This document shows positions 30,119 to 44,151 of a stretch of DNA of 64,000 nucleotides, one piece after another. Position 1 is the first letter of the stretch; every line of letters begins with the position of its first letter. Where the stretch lies: positions 1,504,001-1,568,000 of the forward strand of contig OY763415.1 of NCBI GenBank assembly GCA_963667565.1, read 5' to 3'. Position numbers and translations under genes: made by a program. Below the pieces are notes generated by a model. The model saw only the letters and a list, made by a program, of their open reading frames with translations. It did not search any database and was not told the DNA's origin. The stretch comes from Acholeplasmataceae bacterium. Its GTDB lineage: Bacteria > Bacillota_I > Bacilli_A > Acholeplasmatales > Acholeplasmataceae.

Positions 30119-31483
30119 ATGAATATTTACGATGAGTTATGGCAAAAAATTAGGTATGATCTGGAACATATTTTTTCAGAAGAAACATTTAATGATGTGT
30201 TTGAACCTTTAAAGGAAACTTTAAAGTATTCAAATAATCATGTATATGTTTTAGTCCCTAATGACTTTATTAAGAATCGAATCAATAGGTTCTACTTAAC
30301 AAAAATTAATGATTTAGCAGCCAAATATAATGGTAGTCCAATTCGATTCAAATTTGTTATTGAGTCAGAGATTGTACCAGAAGAGACTTTAGTCAGTCCT
30401 GAAAGAAATTTAAATTTAAAGTATCGTCCAGGAAATTTAAACGCAACTTATACTTTTGATAACTTTGTTGTTGGTAAAAGTAACAATTTCGCATTTAGAA
30501 TGTCAATGAAAGTTGCTGATCAACCTGGTACAGTAGCCAATCCATTATACATTTTTGGTGATGTAGGACTTGGTAAAACGCATTTAATGCAATCTATAGG
30601 TAATTATATCTTAGACAATGATGTTAATAAAAAAGTGATGTATGTTAAAGCTGATGGATTTATTGAAGACTTTGCTAACCTATTAAGAAAAGAACAAATG
30701 GATGATTTTAACTCTAAATATAGAGATTTAGATGTGCTTTTAGTTGATGATATCCAAATCTTGGGTGGCGCTACAAAAACACAGATGGAATTCTTTAAAT
30801 TATTTGACTATTTATATCATCATAATAAACAAATTGTTATTACAAGTGATAAACCAGCATCTGAATTAAAAAACATTATGTCACGTTTAACTTCACGCTT
30901 TGAAGTTGGATTAACAGTTGATATTCAAGTTCCTGATTTAGAGCATAGAATTGAAATTTTAAAAAGAAAATTAGTCACTGAATCTTCTGATATTCATGAC
31001 ATTCCAACAGATGTATTAGAGTTTATAGCCTCATCATTTGTAACAAATATCAGAGAATTAGAAGGTGCATTAAAACGTGTTTTATTTTATTGCTTAGCAA
31101 ATAACCTTGATTTAACACTTGATACAGTTAACGAGGCACTAGAGCCATTATTAAAGACAAAAAGAAAGAGCGATTCATTAAATGAAAACAATTATGATCG
31201 TATTCAATCTGTCGTTAGTGATTTTTATGGCATTACCTTGGATGACCTTATTGGAAAGAAAAGACACTCAAAATATATCCTTCCTAGACATATAGCAATG
31301 TATTTAATTAAAGTTAAATATAATATTCCCTATAAAACGATTGGTATGTTGTTTAGTAATCGTGATCATTCAACTGTTTTAGCTGCATGTGAGAAGATAG
31401 AAAATGAATTAAAACAAGATTCAACATTAAGATTAGCAGTAGAAACAATTAATAAAAAAATCGAACATTATAATAAAAAATAG
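30119..31483 (+). CDS. dnaA: Chromosomal replication initiator DnaA
   Basis: YTFDNFVVG, GDVGLGKTHL, LLVDDIQ, NIRELEGAL, RDHSTVL. Confidence 0.98.
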   Translation: MNIYDELWQKIRYDLEHIFSEETFNDVFEPLKETLKYSNNHVYVLVPNDFIKNRINRFYLTKINDLAAKYNGSPIRFKFVIESEIVPEETLVSPERNLNLKYRPGNLNATYTFDNFVVGKSNNFAFRMSMKVADQPGTVANPLYIFGDVGLGKTHLMQSIGNYILDNDVNKKVMYVKADGFIEDFANLLRKEQMDDFNSKYRDLDVLLVDDIQILGGATKTQMEFFKLFDYLYHHNKQIVITSDKPASELKNIMSRLTSRFEVGLTVDIQVPDLEHRIEILKRKLVTESSDIHDIPTDVLEFIASSFVTNIRELEGALKRVLFYCLANNLDLTLDTVNEALEPLLKTKRKSDSLNENNYDRIQSVVSDFYGITLDDLIGKKRHSKYILPRHIAMYLIKVKYNIPYKTIGMLFSNRDHSTVLAACEKIENELKQDSTLRLAVETINKKIEHYNKK

Positions 31484-31602
31484 TGTTTATAAAAAGTGGG
31501 AAACATGGTATAATAATACGTGAATAAAGCCTTTTTATATGGTTTTCCACATACCCACACAGACTAACAATAATAATTAATAATTAAATTAATAAAATAA
31601 AA
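31484..31602. other. oriC part 2: DnaA boxes plus AT-rich unwinding element between dnaA and dnaN
   Basis: TTTTCCACA (31543) abutting ATACCCACA (31551), then CTAACAATAATAATTAATAATT. Confidence 0.7.
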
Positions 31603-31612
31603 GGAGCACGTT

Positions 31613-32743
31613 ATGATTTTCAGTATTGAAAGAGACACCTTATTAAATCATTTACTTAATGTACAAAAAGGATTACCTTCTAAAACGCCACTACCTATTT
31701 TATACGCGATTAAATTTGAAGTTCACGAAGATCATATGATTTTAACTTCAAGTAATACAGATGTTGCTATTCAAGTATTTGTTGATGGTAACGACTTAAA
31801 GATTAAACAAACAGGTAAAGTTGCTATTCCAGGGCGTTACTTAATTGATATTATGAGAAAAATCACTTCGAGTATTGTTGAATTCGCATTAATTGAAGAT
31901 AAAATTATCGTTATCAAAGCTGATCGTTCTGAATTTAAATTAAGACTTATGGATGTTGAAGATTATCCTGAAGTTGATTTCTTAGATTTAGATAATCCAG
32001 TGTCATTAGATAGCCAATTATTAAAAGATGTTATTAGAGAAACGAATTTTGCAACTGCAAACAGTGAAAAAAGACCTATATTAACAGGTGTAAATTTTAA
32101 ATATCACGACAATCAATTGTATTGTGTCGCAACTGACAGTTATCGTTTAAGTCAAAAAAATGTTAAATTAAAAACATATAGTAAAAATTTTGACATCGTT
32201 ATCCCAAATAAGAGTTTAGATGAGTTAAGCCGTATTTTAGATAATTATAACGATGATGTTGAATTGTATATCAATCCTAATAAAGTATTATTTAAGATGA
32301 AAAATATTTTATTCCAAACAAGATTATTAGAAGGGAATTACCCAGATACTTTAAGAATTATTCCTAAAGAGTTTCCAGTAGAAATTCCTTTTAACAAAGA
32401 AGAGTTATTAAAAGCTGTTGAACGTGTTTCATTATTATCTCCAAAAGATAGAGAAACAAATTACAATATTATTAAATTAAGCTTAAGAGCTGATCATGTT
32501 GTTGAAATGAGTTCAACCAACCATGAGATTGGGGATGCATTAGAAGAAATTATTCCTTCAGGTGATGCTATTGGACCAGTCATTAAAATCGCATTTAGTT
32601 CAAAATATTTAGTAGATGCTTTGAAATCATTTAATTCAAATGAAGTTGTGGTTTCATTTGCTGGTGAAGTAAAACCATTTGTTATCAAAGGTAATTTAGA
32701 CCAAGATTTACTTCATTTAATTCTACCAGTTAGAATTGATTAA
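31613..32743 (+). CDS. dnaN: DNA polymerase III beta clamp
   Basis: RPILTGV, ATDSYRL, RLLEGNYP, C-terminal LILPVR. Confidence 0.97.
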   Translation: MIFSIERDTLLNHLLNVQKGLPSKTPLPILYAIKFEVHEDHMILTSSNTDVAIQVFVDGNDLKIKQTGKVAIPGRYLIDIMRKITSSIVEFALIEDKIIVIKADRSEFKLRLMDVEDYPEVDFLDLDNPVSLDSQLLKDVIRETNFATANSEKRPILTGVNFKYHDNQLYCVATDSYRLSQKNVKLKTYSKNFDIVIPNKSLDELSRILDNYNDDVELYINPNKVLFKMKNILFQTRLLEGNYPDTLRIIPKEFPVEIPFNKEELLKAVERVSLLSPKDRETNYNIIKLSLRADHVVEMSSTNHEIGDALEEIIPSGDAIGPVIKIAFSSKYLVDALKSFNSNEVVVSFAGEVKPFVIKGNLDQDLLHLILPVRID

Positions 32744-32763
32744 GATCAAAAAATAAAAAATAC

Positions 32764-32795
32764 AAAGCCGAAATTTTAGATTTCAGGCTTTTTTT
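32764..32795 (+). terminator. Terminator after dnaN
   Basis: AAAGCC-GAAAT..ATTTC-AGGCTTTTTTT stem with T-run. Confidence 0.65.
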
Positions 32796-32903
32796 ATTTA
32801 TCATAGACTAAAAACTATTTATATGGCAATAAAAACGCGAAAATCGCTACATTTTTGCTTTATATTATGATATAATATAAAAGAAAGCGAAAGGGTTTAA
32901 CAC

Positions 32904-33108
32904 ATGAAAGTATTTAAAATACAGAGCGAATTTATAACTTTAGGTCAATTATTAAAAGCTGAAGCCTTCATTGGATCTGGTGGAGAAGCTAAGTTTTTTT
33001 TATGGGAAAATGATGTATTTGTCAATCAAGAAAAAAGAACAGAGCGTGGAAAGAAGTTATACGATGGCGATGTAGTCAAAATAAAAAATGTGGTTTATCG
33101 TATCATTT

Positions 33109-33125
<17 letters not shown>
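32904..33125 (+). CDS. yaaA: S4-domain protein YaaA
   Basis: FITLGQLLK...SGGEAK...RGKKLYDGD; between dnaN and recF. Confidence 0.92.
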
Positions 33126-36037
<2,912 letters not shown>

Positions 36038-36042
36038 GAGAA

Positions 36043-38652
36043 ATGAACATGGATGATCAAACAACAAAAACCACAGAGGGTTTAGTTAAAGAAATAAATA
36101 TTTCATCAGAAATGAAAACATCATTTCTAAACTATGCGATGAGTGTTATTGTTTCAAGAGCTTTACCAGACGTTAGAGATGGCCTTAAGCCAGTTCAAAG
36201 ACGTATTTTATATGGGATGTCAACATTAGGCATGTCAGCAGATAAGCCACATAAGAAATCAGCGAGAATCGTTGGGGAAGTTATGGGGAAATTCCACCCT
36301 CATGGCGACTCTTCAATTTATGATGCAATGGTTCGTATGGCACAACCATTTAGTTATAGAATGCCACTTATAGATGGACATGGTAACTTTGGATCTGTTG
36401 ATGGTGATGGTGCAGCTGCGATGCGTTACACCGAAGCTAGAATGAGTAAAATCGCTGGTGAATTAGTTTCAGATATTGATAAAAACACAGTTGACTTTAT
36501 AGATAACTATGATGGATCTGAAGTAGAGCCTAGTGTATTACCTGCAAGATTTCCTAACTTATTAGTCAACGGATCTACAGGTATCGCTGTTGGTATGGCA
36601 ACCAATATTCCACCTCATAATTTAGGTGAAGTGATTAATGGTCTTTTAGCATTTATGGATAACGAAGACATTGATGTGAATGAGCTTATGGATTACATCA
36701 AGGGTCCTGACTTTCCTACAGGTGGTCAAATCTTAGGGTTAACAGGCTTAAGATCCGCATATGAAACAGGTCGCGGTATTATCGCGATGCGTGCTTCAAG
36801 CGAAATCGTTACACATAAAAATAAGAGTAGCATCATCATTACTGCAATCCCTTATCAAGTGAATAAATCAACTTTGATTGAAAAAATTGCAGATGTTGTT
36901 AAAAATAAAATTGTTGATGGTATTACAGATCTAAGAGATGAATCAAATCGAAAAGGTATGCGTATCGTTATTGAGTTAAGAAGAGATGTTGAACCTGAAA
37001 TTGTGTTAAACAACTTATATAAATATACACAATTACAATCTACATTTGGAATTAACATGATTGCACTTGTTAAAGGGCAACCTATGATGGTGACTCTAAA
37101 AGATATTCTAAAAAACTATTTAGAACACCAAATTGTTGTTGTTAACAGAAGAGCAATCTATGACTTAGATAAAGCTGAAGCTAGAGAACATATCTTAGAA
37201 GGCTTACTTAAAGCACTTCATGATATTGATCGTGCAATTGAAATCATTAAAGCATCTAAAACAACTGAAGATGCAAGAAATGCACTTATGGAAACTTATC
37301 TATTATCAGAAATTCAAGCACGTGCTATTCTCGATATGAGATTACAAACATTGACAGGGTTACAAATTGAAAGAATTGAAGCTGAATCAACTGATTTATT
37401 AGTCAAAATTAAAGACTTAAAAGAAATCATTGAATCACACGAAAGAAAAGTGTCTATTGTTAAAGAAGAGTTATTAGCAATTAAAGATAAATATGCAGAT
37501 GCAAGACTTTCAGAAATCAATTTAAGCGAAGATTTAAGTATTGAAAATGAAGATTTAATCCCAGTAGAAGATGTGATTATCACAGTCACTAATAATGGCT
37601 ATATCAAGCGCATGAACGTTGATCACTATAAGACTCAAAATCGTGGTGGTGTTGGTATGTCTGGTATTAAAGTTCACGAAGACGATTATGTTGAACATAT
37701 GCTTATGACATCAACTCATGACTATCATTTATTCTTTACGAATAAAGGTAGAGTTTATAAGATTAAAGGTTATCAAATTCCTAAATTATCACGCCAAGCG
37801 AAAGGATTACCAATTGTTAATCTTTTATCATTTGATAAAGATGAAACACTTGCTAACTTTACAAGCGTGAAGAACTTTGAAGATGAAGATCAATATTTAA
37901 CATTTGTCACTAAAAAAGGTATCATCAAACGTACACCAGTGTCTGATTTTAAAAACATCAGAACAAATGGTATTATTGCGATTGGCTTAAAAGATGGTGA
38001 TGAATTATTAAATGTACGTACTACTGATGGTACTAAAGAAATCATTTTAGGTGCATCTAACGGTAAAGCGATTCGTTTTGCAGAAACAGATGTAAGACCA
38101 GTAGGTCGTACAGCTGCAGGTGTTAGAGGTATGTCACTTGGTAAAGATGATGAAGTTGTTGGTATTGCAATTATCCAAAATTTAAGTGAAGAAATTTTAG
38201 TTATCACTGAAAAAGGTTATGGTAAGCGTACCGATGTTGAAGAATATAGACTTCAAATGCGTGGTGGTAAAGGTGTTAAAACCATAAATATTACAGATAA
38301 AAATGGACGTCTATCAACACTTCGTACAGTAACTAACGACGATGACCTTATTGTCATTTCAGATAAAGGGGTTGTCATCCGTACACATGTTGACCAAATC
38401 TCACAAACAAAACGCGCCACTCAAGGTGTAAGAATTATTAAATTAAGACCAGATCATAAAGTTTCTACAATTGCTTTAGTACCAAGAAGCGAAGATGAAG
38501 AAATGTTAGAAGATGGTGAACAATTCGTTCAAGAATCACTTGATGTTAAAGTTGAGAAAAAAGTAGTAGAAGCCGTTGTCTTAGAAGCTGAAGAAATTGA
38601 AGACGAAAAAGAAGAAGTGATTTCTACTGATAGTTTATTTGATGAAAAATAA
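36043..38652 (+). CDS. gyrA: DNA gyrase subunit A
   Basis: [25 protein letters not shown], GyrA-box QNRGGVG, acidic tail. Confidence 0.98.
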   Translation: MNMDDQTTKTTEGLVKEINISSEMKTSFLNYAMSVIVSRALPDVRDGLKPVQRRILYGMSTLGMSADKPHKKSARIVGEVMGKFHPHGDSSIYDAMVRMAQPFSYRMPLIDGHGNFGSVDGDGAAAMRYTEARMSKIAGELVSDIDKNTVDFIDNYDGSEVEPSVLPARFPNLLVNGSTGIAVGMATNIPPHNLGEVINGLLAFMDNEDIDVNELMDYIKGPDFPTGGQILGLTGLRSAYETGRGIIAMRASSEIVTHKNKSSIIITAIPYQVNKSTLIEKIADVVKNKIVDGITDLRDESNRKGMRIVIELRRDVEPEIVLNNLYKYTQLQSTFGINMIALVKGQPMMVTLKDILKNYLEHQIVVVNRRAIYDLDKAEAREHILEGLLKALHDIDRAIEIIKASKTTEDARNALMETYLLSEIQARAILDMRLQTLTGLQIERIEAESTDLLVKIKDLKEIIESHERKVSIVKEELLAIKDKYADARLSEINLSEDLSIENEDLIPVEDVIITVTNNGYIKRMNVDHYKTQNRGGVGMSGIKVHEDDYVEHMLMTSTHDYHLFFTNKGRVYKIKGYQIPKLSRQAKGLPIVNLLSFDKDETLANFTSVKNFEDEDQYLTFVTKKGIIKRTPVSDFKNIRTNGIIAIGLKDGDELLNVRTTDGTKEIILGASNGKAIRFAETDVRPVGRTAAGVRGMSLGKDDEVVGIAIIQNLSEEILVITEKGYGKRTDVEEYRLQMRGGKGVKTINITDKNGRLSTLRTVTNDDDLIVISDKGVVIRTHVDQISQTKRATQGVRIIKLRPDHKVSTIALVPRSEDEEMLEDGEQFVQESLDVKVEKKVVEAVVLEAEEIEDEKEEVISTDSLFDEK

Positions 38653-38704
38653 GATAAGATGCACATCGTTTTGATGTGCTTTTATCATTTGCGGAGGGAT
38701 TTAT

Positions 38705-39853
38705 ATGGAAGGATTTAAAAAGACACTTTATGTGTTTTTAACAGTTATTGCAGTATTGTTAAGTTTTTATTTACTCAATCTATTGAATGCAACTTATCCT
38801 CACAATATAATCAATAGAATTATTAATGGTTTACATATTGTTTTAGTACCAGTTTTAATTGCACTAATGATTACTTATTTAATTAATCCATTCACAGCTA
38901 GATTGATTAATCATAAATTTCCAAAATGGCTTGCAGTTGCGATTTCACTGGTTTTATCGATTGGCTTAATTGTTGGTGTAATCGCATTTGTTGTCATCTT
39001 TATGATTGATGAAGGATACAGTATTTATGAAAGCATCGTCTCATCGAATTTCTTAAATGTAATTCAAACATGGTTTAACCAAAATAGTTTAGGTGATGTT
39101 TATACATATTTATATGATACGGTAGTTAATTATGATTACACAGCATTTCTTGGAACATTTAGCAGTTTAGCTGTTGTGTTATTTCAAAGTATTACAACCA
39201 TTGTCTTAGTCCCTATCTTTTTATGGTTTTTCCTTAATGAAAAAGATAGAATATTTACAGCATTGAATAAAGTTTTACCAAACAGTTGGCAAGATCACTT
39301 TGAATATATCGGTAGAGAATCTAATATTGCAGTCGTTGCTTATTTTAGAAGTAAACTGATATCTATGGTTTTCTTATTTATGATTTTCTTTGGAGTATTT
39401 ATCGTAAGTGGTATTCCTTTAGGATATGCAATATTCTTTTCTGCAATTATTGCGTTCTTTGATCTCATCCCTTATTTAGGTCCTGTATTAGGTCTTATGT
39501 TACCTATTATATATTTCTTCTCAGCAGGACATGTAACATATTTTTGGGTCCAAGATTGGGAAGTAGATGCAATCTGGGGTACACTCATCCTTCTAGGGAT
39601 TAATGTTGTCATACAATTTGTTCAAAATAACATTGTCATTCCTAAACTTGCTGGAGATGCAATGAACATCAATCCTTTATTGATTTTGGTTGCAATGTTA
39701 TTCTTTGGTAATATTTTAGGTGTTTGGGGTATTATCTTTGCGATTCCTTTAGTAGGGATTGGTGTTATCGTTGTTGATTATTTAAAGACAGAAAACAAAA
39801 AAGAGAAACAAGCAGCTAAAAAAGTGGCTGTTCCAGTAGAAACAAAATCATAA
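38705..39853 (+). CDS. AI-2E family transporter
   Basis: YLINP, LIPYLGP, QNNIVIPKL.G..MNINPL, GVWGIIFAIP. Confidence 0.9.
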   Translation: MEGFKKTLYVFLTVIAVLLSFYLLNLLNATYPHNIINRIINGLHIVLVPVLIALMITYLINPFTARLINHKFPKWLAVAISLVLSIGLIVGVIAFVVIFMIDEGYSIYESIVSSNFLNVIQTWFNQNSLGDVYTYLYDTVVNYDYTAFLGTFSSLAVVLFQSITTIVLVPIFLWFFLNEKDRIFTALNKVLPNSWQDHFEYIGRESNIAVVAYFRSKLISMVFLFMIFFGVFIVSGIPLGYAIFFSAIIAFFDLIPYLGPVLGLMLPIIYFFSAGHVTYFWVQDWEVDAIWGTLILLGINVVIQFVQNNIVIPKLAGDAMNINPLLILVAMLFFGNILGVWGIIFAIPLVGIGVIVVDYLKTENKKEKQAAKKVAVPVETKS

Positions 39854-39951
39854 TTAAGGGAAGGCAACTTCCTTTTTTTATGCATTATATATGCAAGTAG
39901 GTTAAGTATTTTATTAAAATAGAGACATAAATAAAAAAAGAGGTAATCATC

Positions 39952-40323
39952 ATGATTAATCAAATTGGGCAAGTTATGTTATATGTAGATGATGTATTGG
40001 TATGTAGGGATTTCTGGATTAATCATCTAGGATTTAAATTAATTAAAGATGAAATGATGGGTCCAATCAGAGCCATTGAGGTTGCACCAAAAGAGACGCA
40101 AACAAGTTTTGTATTAATGAACAAAGAAATTGTTCAAAGCATGAGTCCTGAATTGGACTTTGGAACACCTTCTATTATGTTTTATACTACAAACATTGAA
40201 CAATTATATAAAGATTTTAAACAAAAAGGTATCACAGTAGGTGAACTCGTTACGATGCCTATGGGAAAAGTGTTTAATTTTTCTGATCCAGAAGGACATT
40301 ATTTCGCTGTATTAGAAAAATAA
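39952..40323 (+). CDS. VOC/glyoxalase family protein
   Basis: VMLYVDD...FW...LGF and FNFSDPEGH. Confidence 0.9.
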   Translation: MINQIGQVMLYVDDVLVCRDFWINHLGFKLIKDEMMGPIRAIEVAPKETQTSFVLMNKEIVQSMSPELDFGTPSIMFYTTNIEQLYKDFKQKGITVGELVTMPMGKVFNFSDPEGHYFAVLEK

Positions 40324-40345
40324 TCGCTTATAATGGTATTAAGAG

Positions 40346-41854
40346 GTGGTATTCGTGAACCAAAAAAATGAAAATAAATTTATAAACCGAGAAAAAGATT
40401 TTAGAAATGGAGCAATCGTTTATCAGATTATTGTTGATAGATTTGCACCAAGTGCTGATTTGGCATCAAAAAAAGAGTTTTATCAAGAACCTAAAGTACT
40501 TAAGGATTGGGATGAGCTTCCTAAACCAGGGCCATTTAATGAAAAAGCCAAATACTGGCAACATGAACTCGAATATTGGGGTGGGGATTTAAAAAGCGTA
40601 ATTCAAAAGTTAGATTATTTAAAATCACTTGGTATAGAAGTTTTATATTTAAATCCAATTCCAGAGTCTCTTTCAAATCATAAGTATGATGCAAGCGACT
40701 ATATGAAGATATCTAAAGAATACGGAACTTTTGAAGATTTAAAAACATTGAGCGATGCACTTCACAACGAAGGTTTAAAAATAATCCTTGATGGTGTTTT
40801 TAATCATGTTGGTATTAATAATTCAATCTTTTTGGAAGCTAAAGACCCAAAAAGCGATAAACATGACTACTTTGATTTTAATGATAAGTATCCTCATGGT
40901 GTTAGACTGTGGGCAGACGTTCCAAGTTTACCCGAATGGAATTTAGAGAACGAAAAGGTAAGAGATTATATTTATAAAGATAAAAATTCTGTAATTAGAA
41001 CATATTTAAGAAACGGTATTGACGGTTGGAGATTAGATGTTGCGTTCGATATTGGATATGAGTTTTTAAAAGAACTCACAGAAAACGCACATGATGAAAA
41101 ACCTGGAAGCGTCATTGTGGGTGAAATATGGAATTATCCTAAGACATGGTTAAATTCTATTGATGGTGTGATGAATTTTACTTTTAGAGAACTCATTAAA
41201 AAAACGATTGCTGGTGAGATTTCACCAAAACAATCACTTATTTTCTTTGATCAAATTATTGAAGATTCTGGCATTGATGGTATTTTAAAATCATGGAATC
41301 TCTTAGATAACCACGATACAGCTAGACTTACGCATCAATTACCCGACTTAAAAGATAGAAAATTAGCTCAAGTATTTCAATTTACATTACCAGGTTCACC
41401 AAATATTTATTATGGTACTGAACTTGGCATGGAAGGTAAAGAAGAACCTGAATCAAGAGCACCTATGCGTTGGGATTTGGTTGATGAACAAAATGAGACG
41501 TTATTGTGGACGAAATCGCTAATTCATATGCATCAATCTTACAGAGCGTTAAAAATAGGTGATTTTGTTTCAACGAAAGCAGAAAAGTTAGTTGCATTTG
41601 AAAGAAAAACAGATAAGGTTGATGATACTGTGTTAATATTCATTAATTCCACTAATGTAAAACAAAAAGAAACGATACTCATTCCAGACTCTAGTTTGAT
41701 GAATCTATCAAGATTTGATCATATTTTAGGTGATGGTCAAGTCATTGATTTTTGGGCAGGATTTATAAAAGTAGAAGTGCCAGAGAAATCATTTCTTATT
41801 GTTAAGCCACACACAAGTGTAGATAAGAGTTATACACCATATAAACGCGTATAA
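40346..41854 (+). CDS. GH13 glycosidase (neopullulanase/cyclomaltodextrinase-like)
   Basis: YQIIVDRF, DGVFNH, GWRLDVA, GEIW, LDNHD; true start may be GTG 40355. Confidence 0.9.
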   Translation: MVFVNQKNENKFINREKDFRNGAIVYQIIVDRFAPSADLASKKEFYQEPKVLKDWDELPKPGPFNEKAKYWQHELEYWGGDLKSVIQKLDYLKSLGIEVLYLNPIPESLSNHKYDASDYMKISKEYGTFEDLKTLSDALHNEGLKIILDGVFNHVGINNSIFLEAKDPKSDKHDYFDFNDKYPHGVRLWADVPSLPEWNLENEKVRDYIYKDKNSVIRTYLRNGIDGWRLDVAFDIGYEFLKELTENAHDEKPGSVIVGEIWNYPKTWLNSIDGVMNFTFRELIKKTIAGEISPKQSLIFFDQIIEDSGIDGILKSWNLLDNHDTARLTHQLPDLKDRKLAQVFQFTLPGSPNIYYGTELGMEGKEEPESRAPMRWDLVDEQNETLLWTKSLIHMHQSYRALKIGDFVSTKAEKLVAFERKTDKVDDTVLIFINSTNVKQKETILIPDSSLMNLSRFDHILGDGQVIDFWAGFIKVEVPEKSFLIVKPHTSVDKSYTPYKRV

Positions 41855-41864
41855 AAAAAAGCAG

Positions 41865-42485
41865 TTAATCTGCTTTTTCTTTTGTATATTTATTTTTTAA
41901 TTTTGAATATTTAATACTAAAACCAATTAAAGCAATGACGATTTGAACAGGGATTGCAATAATAAAGAATAAGAAACTCTTTTCTGTTGGAATCATTAAA
42001 GTCAGCATAAGTGCTGAAGACCATAAGATGAGCGATATAGATAAATAGATATAGAATCTTGTGCTCCAAAGGATCGCAAATATTAAAACTACAATAAATG
42101 AAACAGGGATTGCTACGATGAATATCTCCCAGAGATTGAAGGCATCGAAATTAAGCATTGATAAGATGCTATATGCAGTTATAGCAACGACCCAAACTAA
42201 AACAAAAGCAGCTAACGTGATGGTTAGGTGTTTTTTATTTCTAACGGATGCAGGAACAATTGTTTTGGGTTTCTTATAGATTAAATCATCAATAGAAATT
42301 TCAAAAAGCGTGGATAATTGATCGAGGACATAAATATCAGGGACCCCCTCTCCACGTTCCCATTTAGAAACCGCCTTATCGGAATAACTTAAGTATTCAG
42401 CAAGCTCTAATTGAGTCATTTGTTTCTGTTTTCTATAAAATTGGATGTTTTCAGCTAGATGAGCTCTTATTTTTTCACTTTCCAT
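41865..42485 (-). CDS. XRE-family HTH regulator with C-terminal TM helices
   Basis: MTQLELAEYLSYSDKAVSKWERGEGVPD, then 4 hydrophobic helices; start at ATG 42485. Confidence 0.9.
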   Translation of the reverse strand: MESEKIRAHLAENIQFYRKQKQMTQLELAEYLSYSDKAVSKWERGEGVPDIYVLDQLSTLFEISIDDLIYKKPKTIVPASVRNKKHLTITLAAFVLVWVVAITAYSILSMLNFDAFNLWEIFIVAIPVSFIVVLIFAILWSTRFYIYLSISLILWSSALMLTLMIPTEKSFLFFIIAIPVQIVIALIGFSIKYSKLKNKYTKEKAD

Positions 42486-42513
42486 ACATATATCATACCA
42501 TAAAATCATAAAT

Positions 42514-42590
42514 TCTACTCTCGGTAGAGTACTTTTTATAAACTCTACTGGCGATAGAAAACGAGTATAGTTGCTCTACTGGTCAGTAGA
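42514..42590. promoter_or_regulatory. Three palindromic operator-like repeats (TCTAC-N5/6-GTAGA)
   Basis: TCTACTCTCGGTAGA (42514), TCTACTGGCGATAGA (42544), TCTACTGGTCAGTAGA (42575). Confidence 0.75.
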
Positions 42591-42646
42591 TGATGTTTTC
42601 ATCTATGATGCTTTAAGATAGTTATATAGGAAGGAAAGGTGAACTT

Positions 42647-43399
42647 ATGAAGAAAGTTGCAATTTTTGGTGATTCAGTATCAAAAGGTGTCATCTATGAT
42701 CCTAAATTAAAGAAATATACATTTGGCAATGGTATAGATTTTAAATCCATTGAAAATCGTTTAAATATTAAGATTGATAATTATTCTAAAATGGGAGCAA
42801 CCATCACCTATGGTCTAGATAAGCTTAAGGCATATTTAAATCAAGATCCCGATGTTGATATTATTGTTTTAGAATATGGTGGAAATGATAGTGACTTTGA
42901 TTGGGTAGAAGTATCTAAAAATAAATCTAAAGACTATCAATCTAAAACACCTATCGATACATATAAAAAAACATTAATTGAAATGATTCAACTTATCAAA
43001 TCAAAACAAATCAAACCGATAGTTTTGACATTACCTTCAATTAATGCAAAAAGATATTATAAATGGATTTCAAGATTAAACATTAACATGAAAAATGTAT
43101 TATTCTTTTTAGGTGATGTAGAGCACATTTATCGATATCACGAATTATATAATGTAACAATTTTAGAAGTCGCAAATCAGTTTAATGTTGAATACATAGA
43201 TATTAGAAAAGTATTTTTAAAACACTCTGATGATAAAGAACTCATTTGTCAGGATGGTATTCATCCTACGATGCATGCGGAAAAACTCATTGTTGAAGAT
43301 ATCATTAGTTATATTAAATTATCTGAAAACAATGAATTAGTATTACCTAAAACAAACGCATTGAATTTAGTATTATATGAAAAGGAAGTGTTCATATGA
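42647..43399 (+). CDS. SGNH/GDSL hydrolase
   Basis: FGDSV, G block II, YGGND, DGIHP. Confidence 0.92.
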   Translation: MKKVAIFGDSVSKGVIYDPKLKKYTFGNGIDFKSIENRLNIKIDNYSKMGATITYGLDKLKAYLNQDPDVDIIVLEYGGNDSDFDWVEVSKNKSKDYQSKTPIDTYKKTLIEMIQLIKSKQIKPIVLTLPSINAKRYYKWISRLNINMKNVLFFLGDVEHIYRYHELYNVTILEVANQFNVEYIDIRKVFLKHSDDKELICQDGIHPTMHAEKLIVEDIISYIKLSENNELVLPKTNALNLVLYEKEVFI

Positions 43400-44049
43400 A
43401 CAAAAGAAACATTACCAAAAAATTAGCTCAATTAAAAAAACAGCCACTCATTATTGATTATGTTGAAAACTATTCATTATTATCAACTGGCAATCATGAA
43501 GATGTTAACGCTTATGATTTTATTTTAAACGATGAAACGGATAACAAATTGATTTTAAGACAAACACAACGTGGTGATGGTAGCGTCCATGTCTTATTTA
43601 TGCTCATCACATGTAAAGGTAAATATGTCAATGTTAAACGTATTTATGAGAAAAATAATTCACCAGTTCAAGTTTATTGTATGGAAAGCAGCAAACAATG
43701 GAAATTTAAATTTGATGGGGAAGTCATTTACTACTCTAAAAACAATCAAGAGCGACATCATTTAAAATTAGCTGCTACCTTTAACTCAGATGAACCAATC
43801 ATTGACATGAAAACAAGTCTAAATGAAGAAGCAGTTGTAGAAAAACTACGCATTTCAAAAGTAGAACAAAAGAGATTCAATAGTGAAGATATCCGTGATC
43901 AAGTATCATATCACCAACAAGGATATGCCTTTGCAGATATAACCATTGATGAGATTGCGACAAAAATAGAATCTAAAGCCCTACGCAAACATCGAATTGG
44001 AAAATCTTCACTTCAAAACCTATTTAAAGTGTTAAATACAAGTCATTAA
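43396..44049 (+). CDS. Hypothetical protein
   Basis: 217-aa ORF overlapping the SGNH stop (ATGA); beta-rich pattern. Confidence 0.7.
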   Translation: MNKRNITKKLAQLKKQPLIIDYVENYSLLSTGNHEDVNAYDFILNDETDNKLILRQTQRGDGSVHVLFMLITCKGKYVNVKRIYEKNNSPVQVYCMESSKQWKFKFDGEVIYYSKNNQERHHLKLAATFNSDEPIIDMKTSLNEEAVVEKLRISKVEQKRFNSEDIRDQVSYHQQGYAFADITIDEIATKIESKALRKHRIGKSSLQNLFKVLNTSH

Positions 44050-44151
44050 CTAAAAAATCTTAAACATCACATAATAAAGACATACATTTACATGTATGTT
44101 TTTTTTGTAGTATAATGACATACATAGACAGCCATAGACAGGGGAAGTTTT

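Noticed and set aside
42514..42590. Possible mini-CRISPR from three regularly spaced repeats
   Set aside because: Repeats are only 15-16 bp and degenerate, spacers ~15 bp, and there are no cas genes; operators fit better
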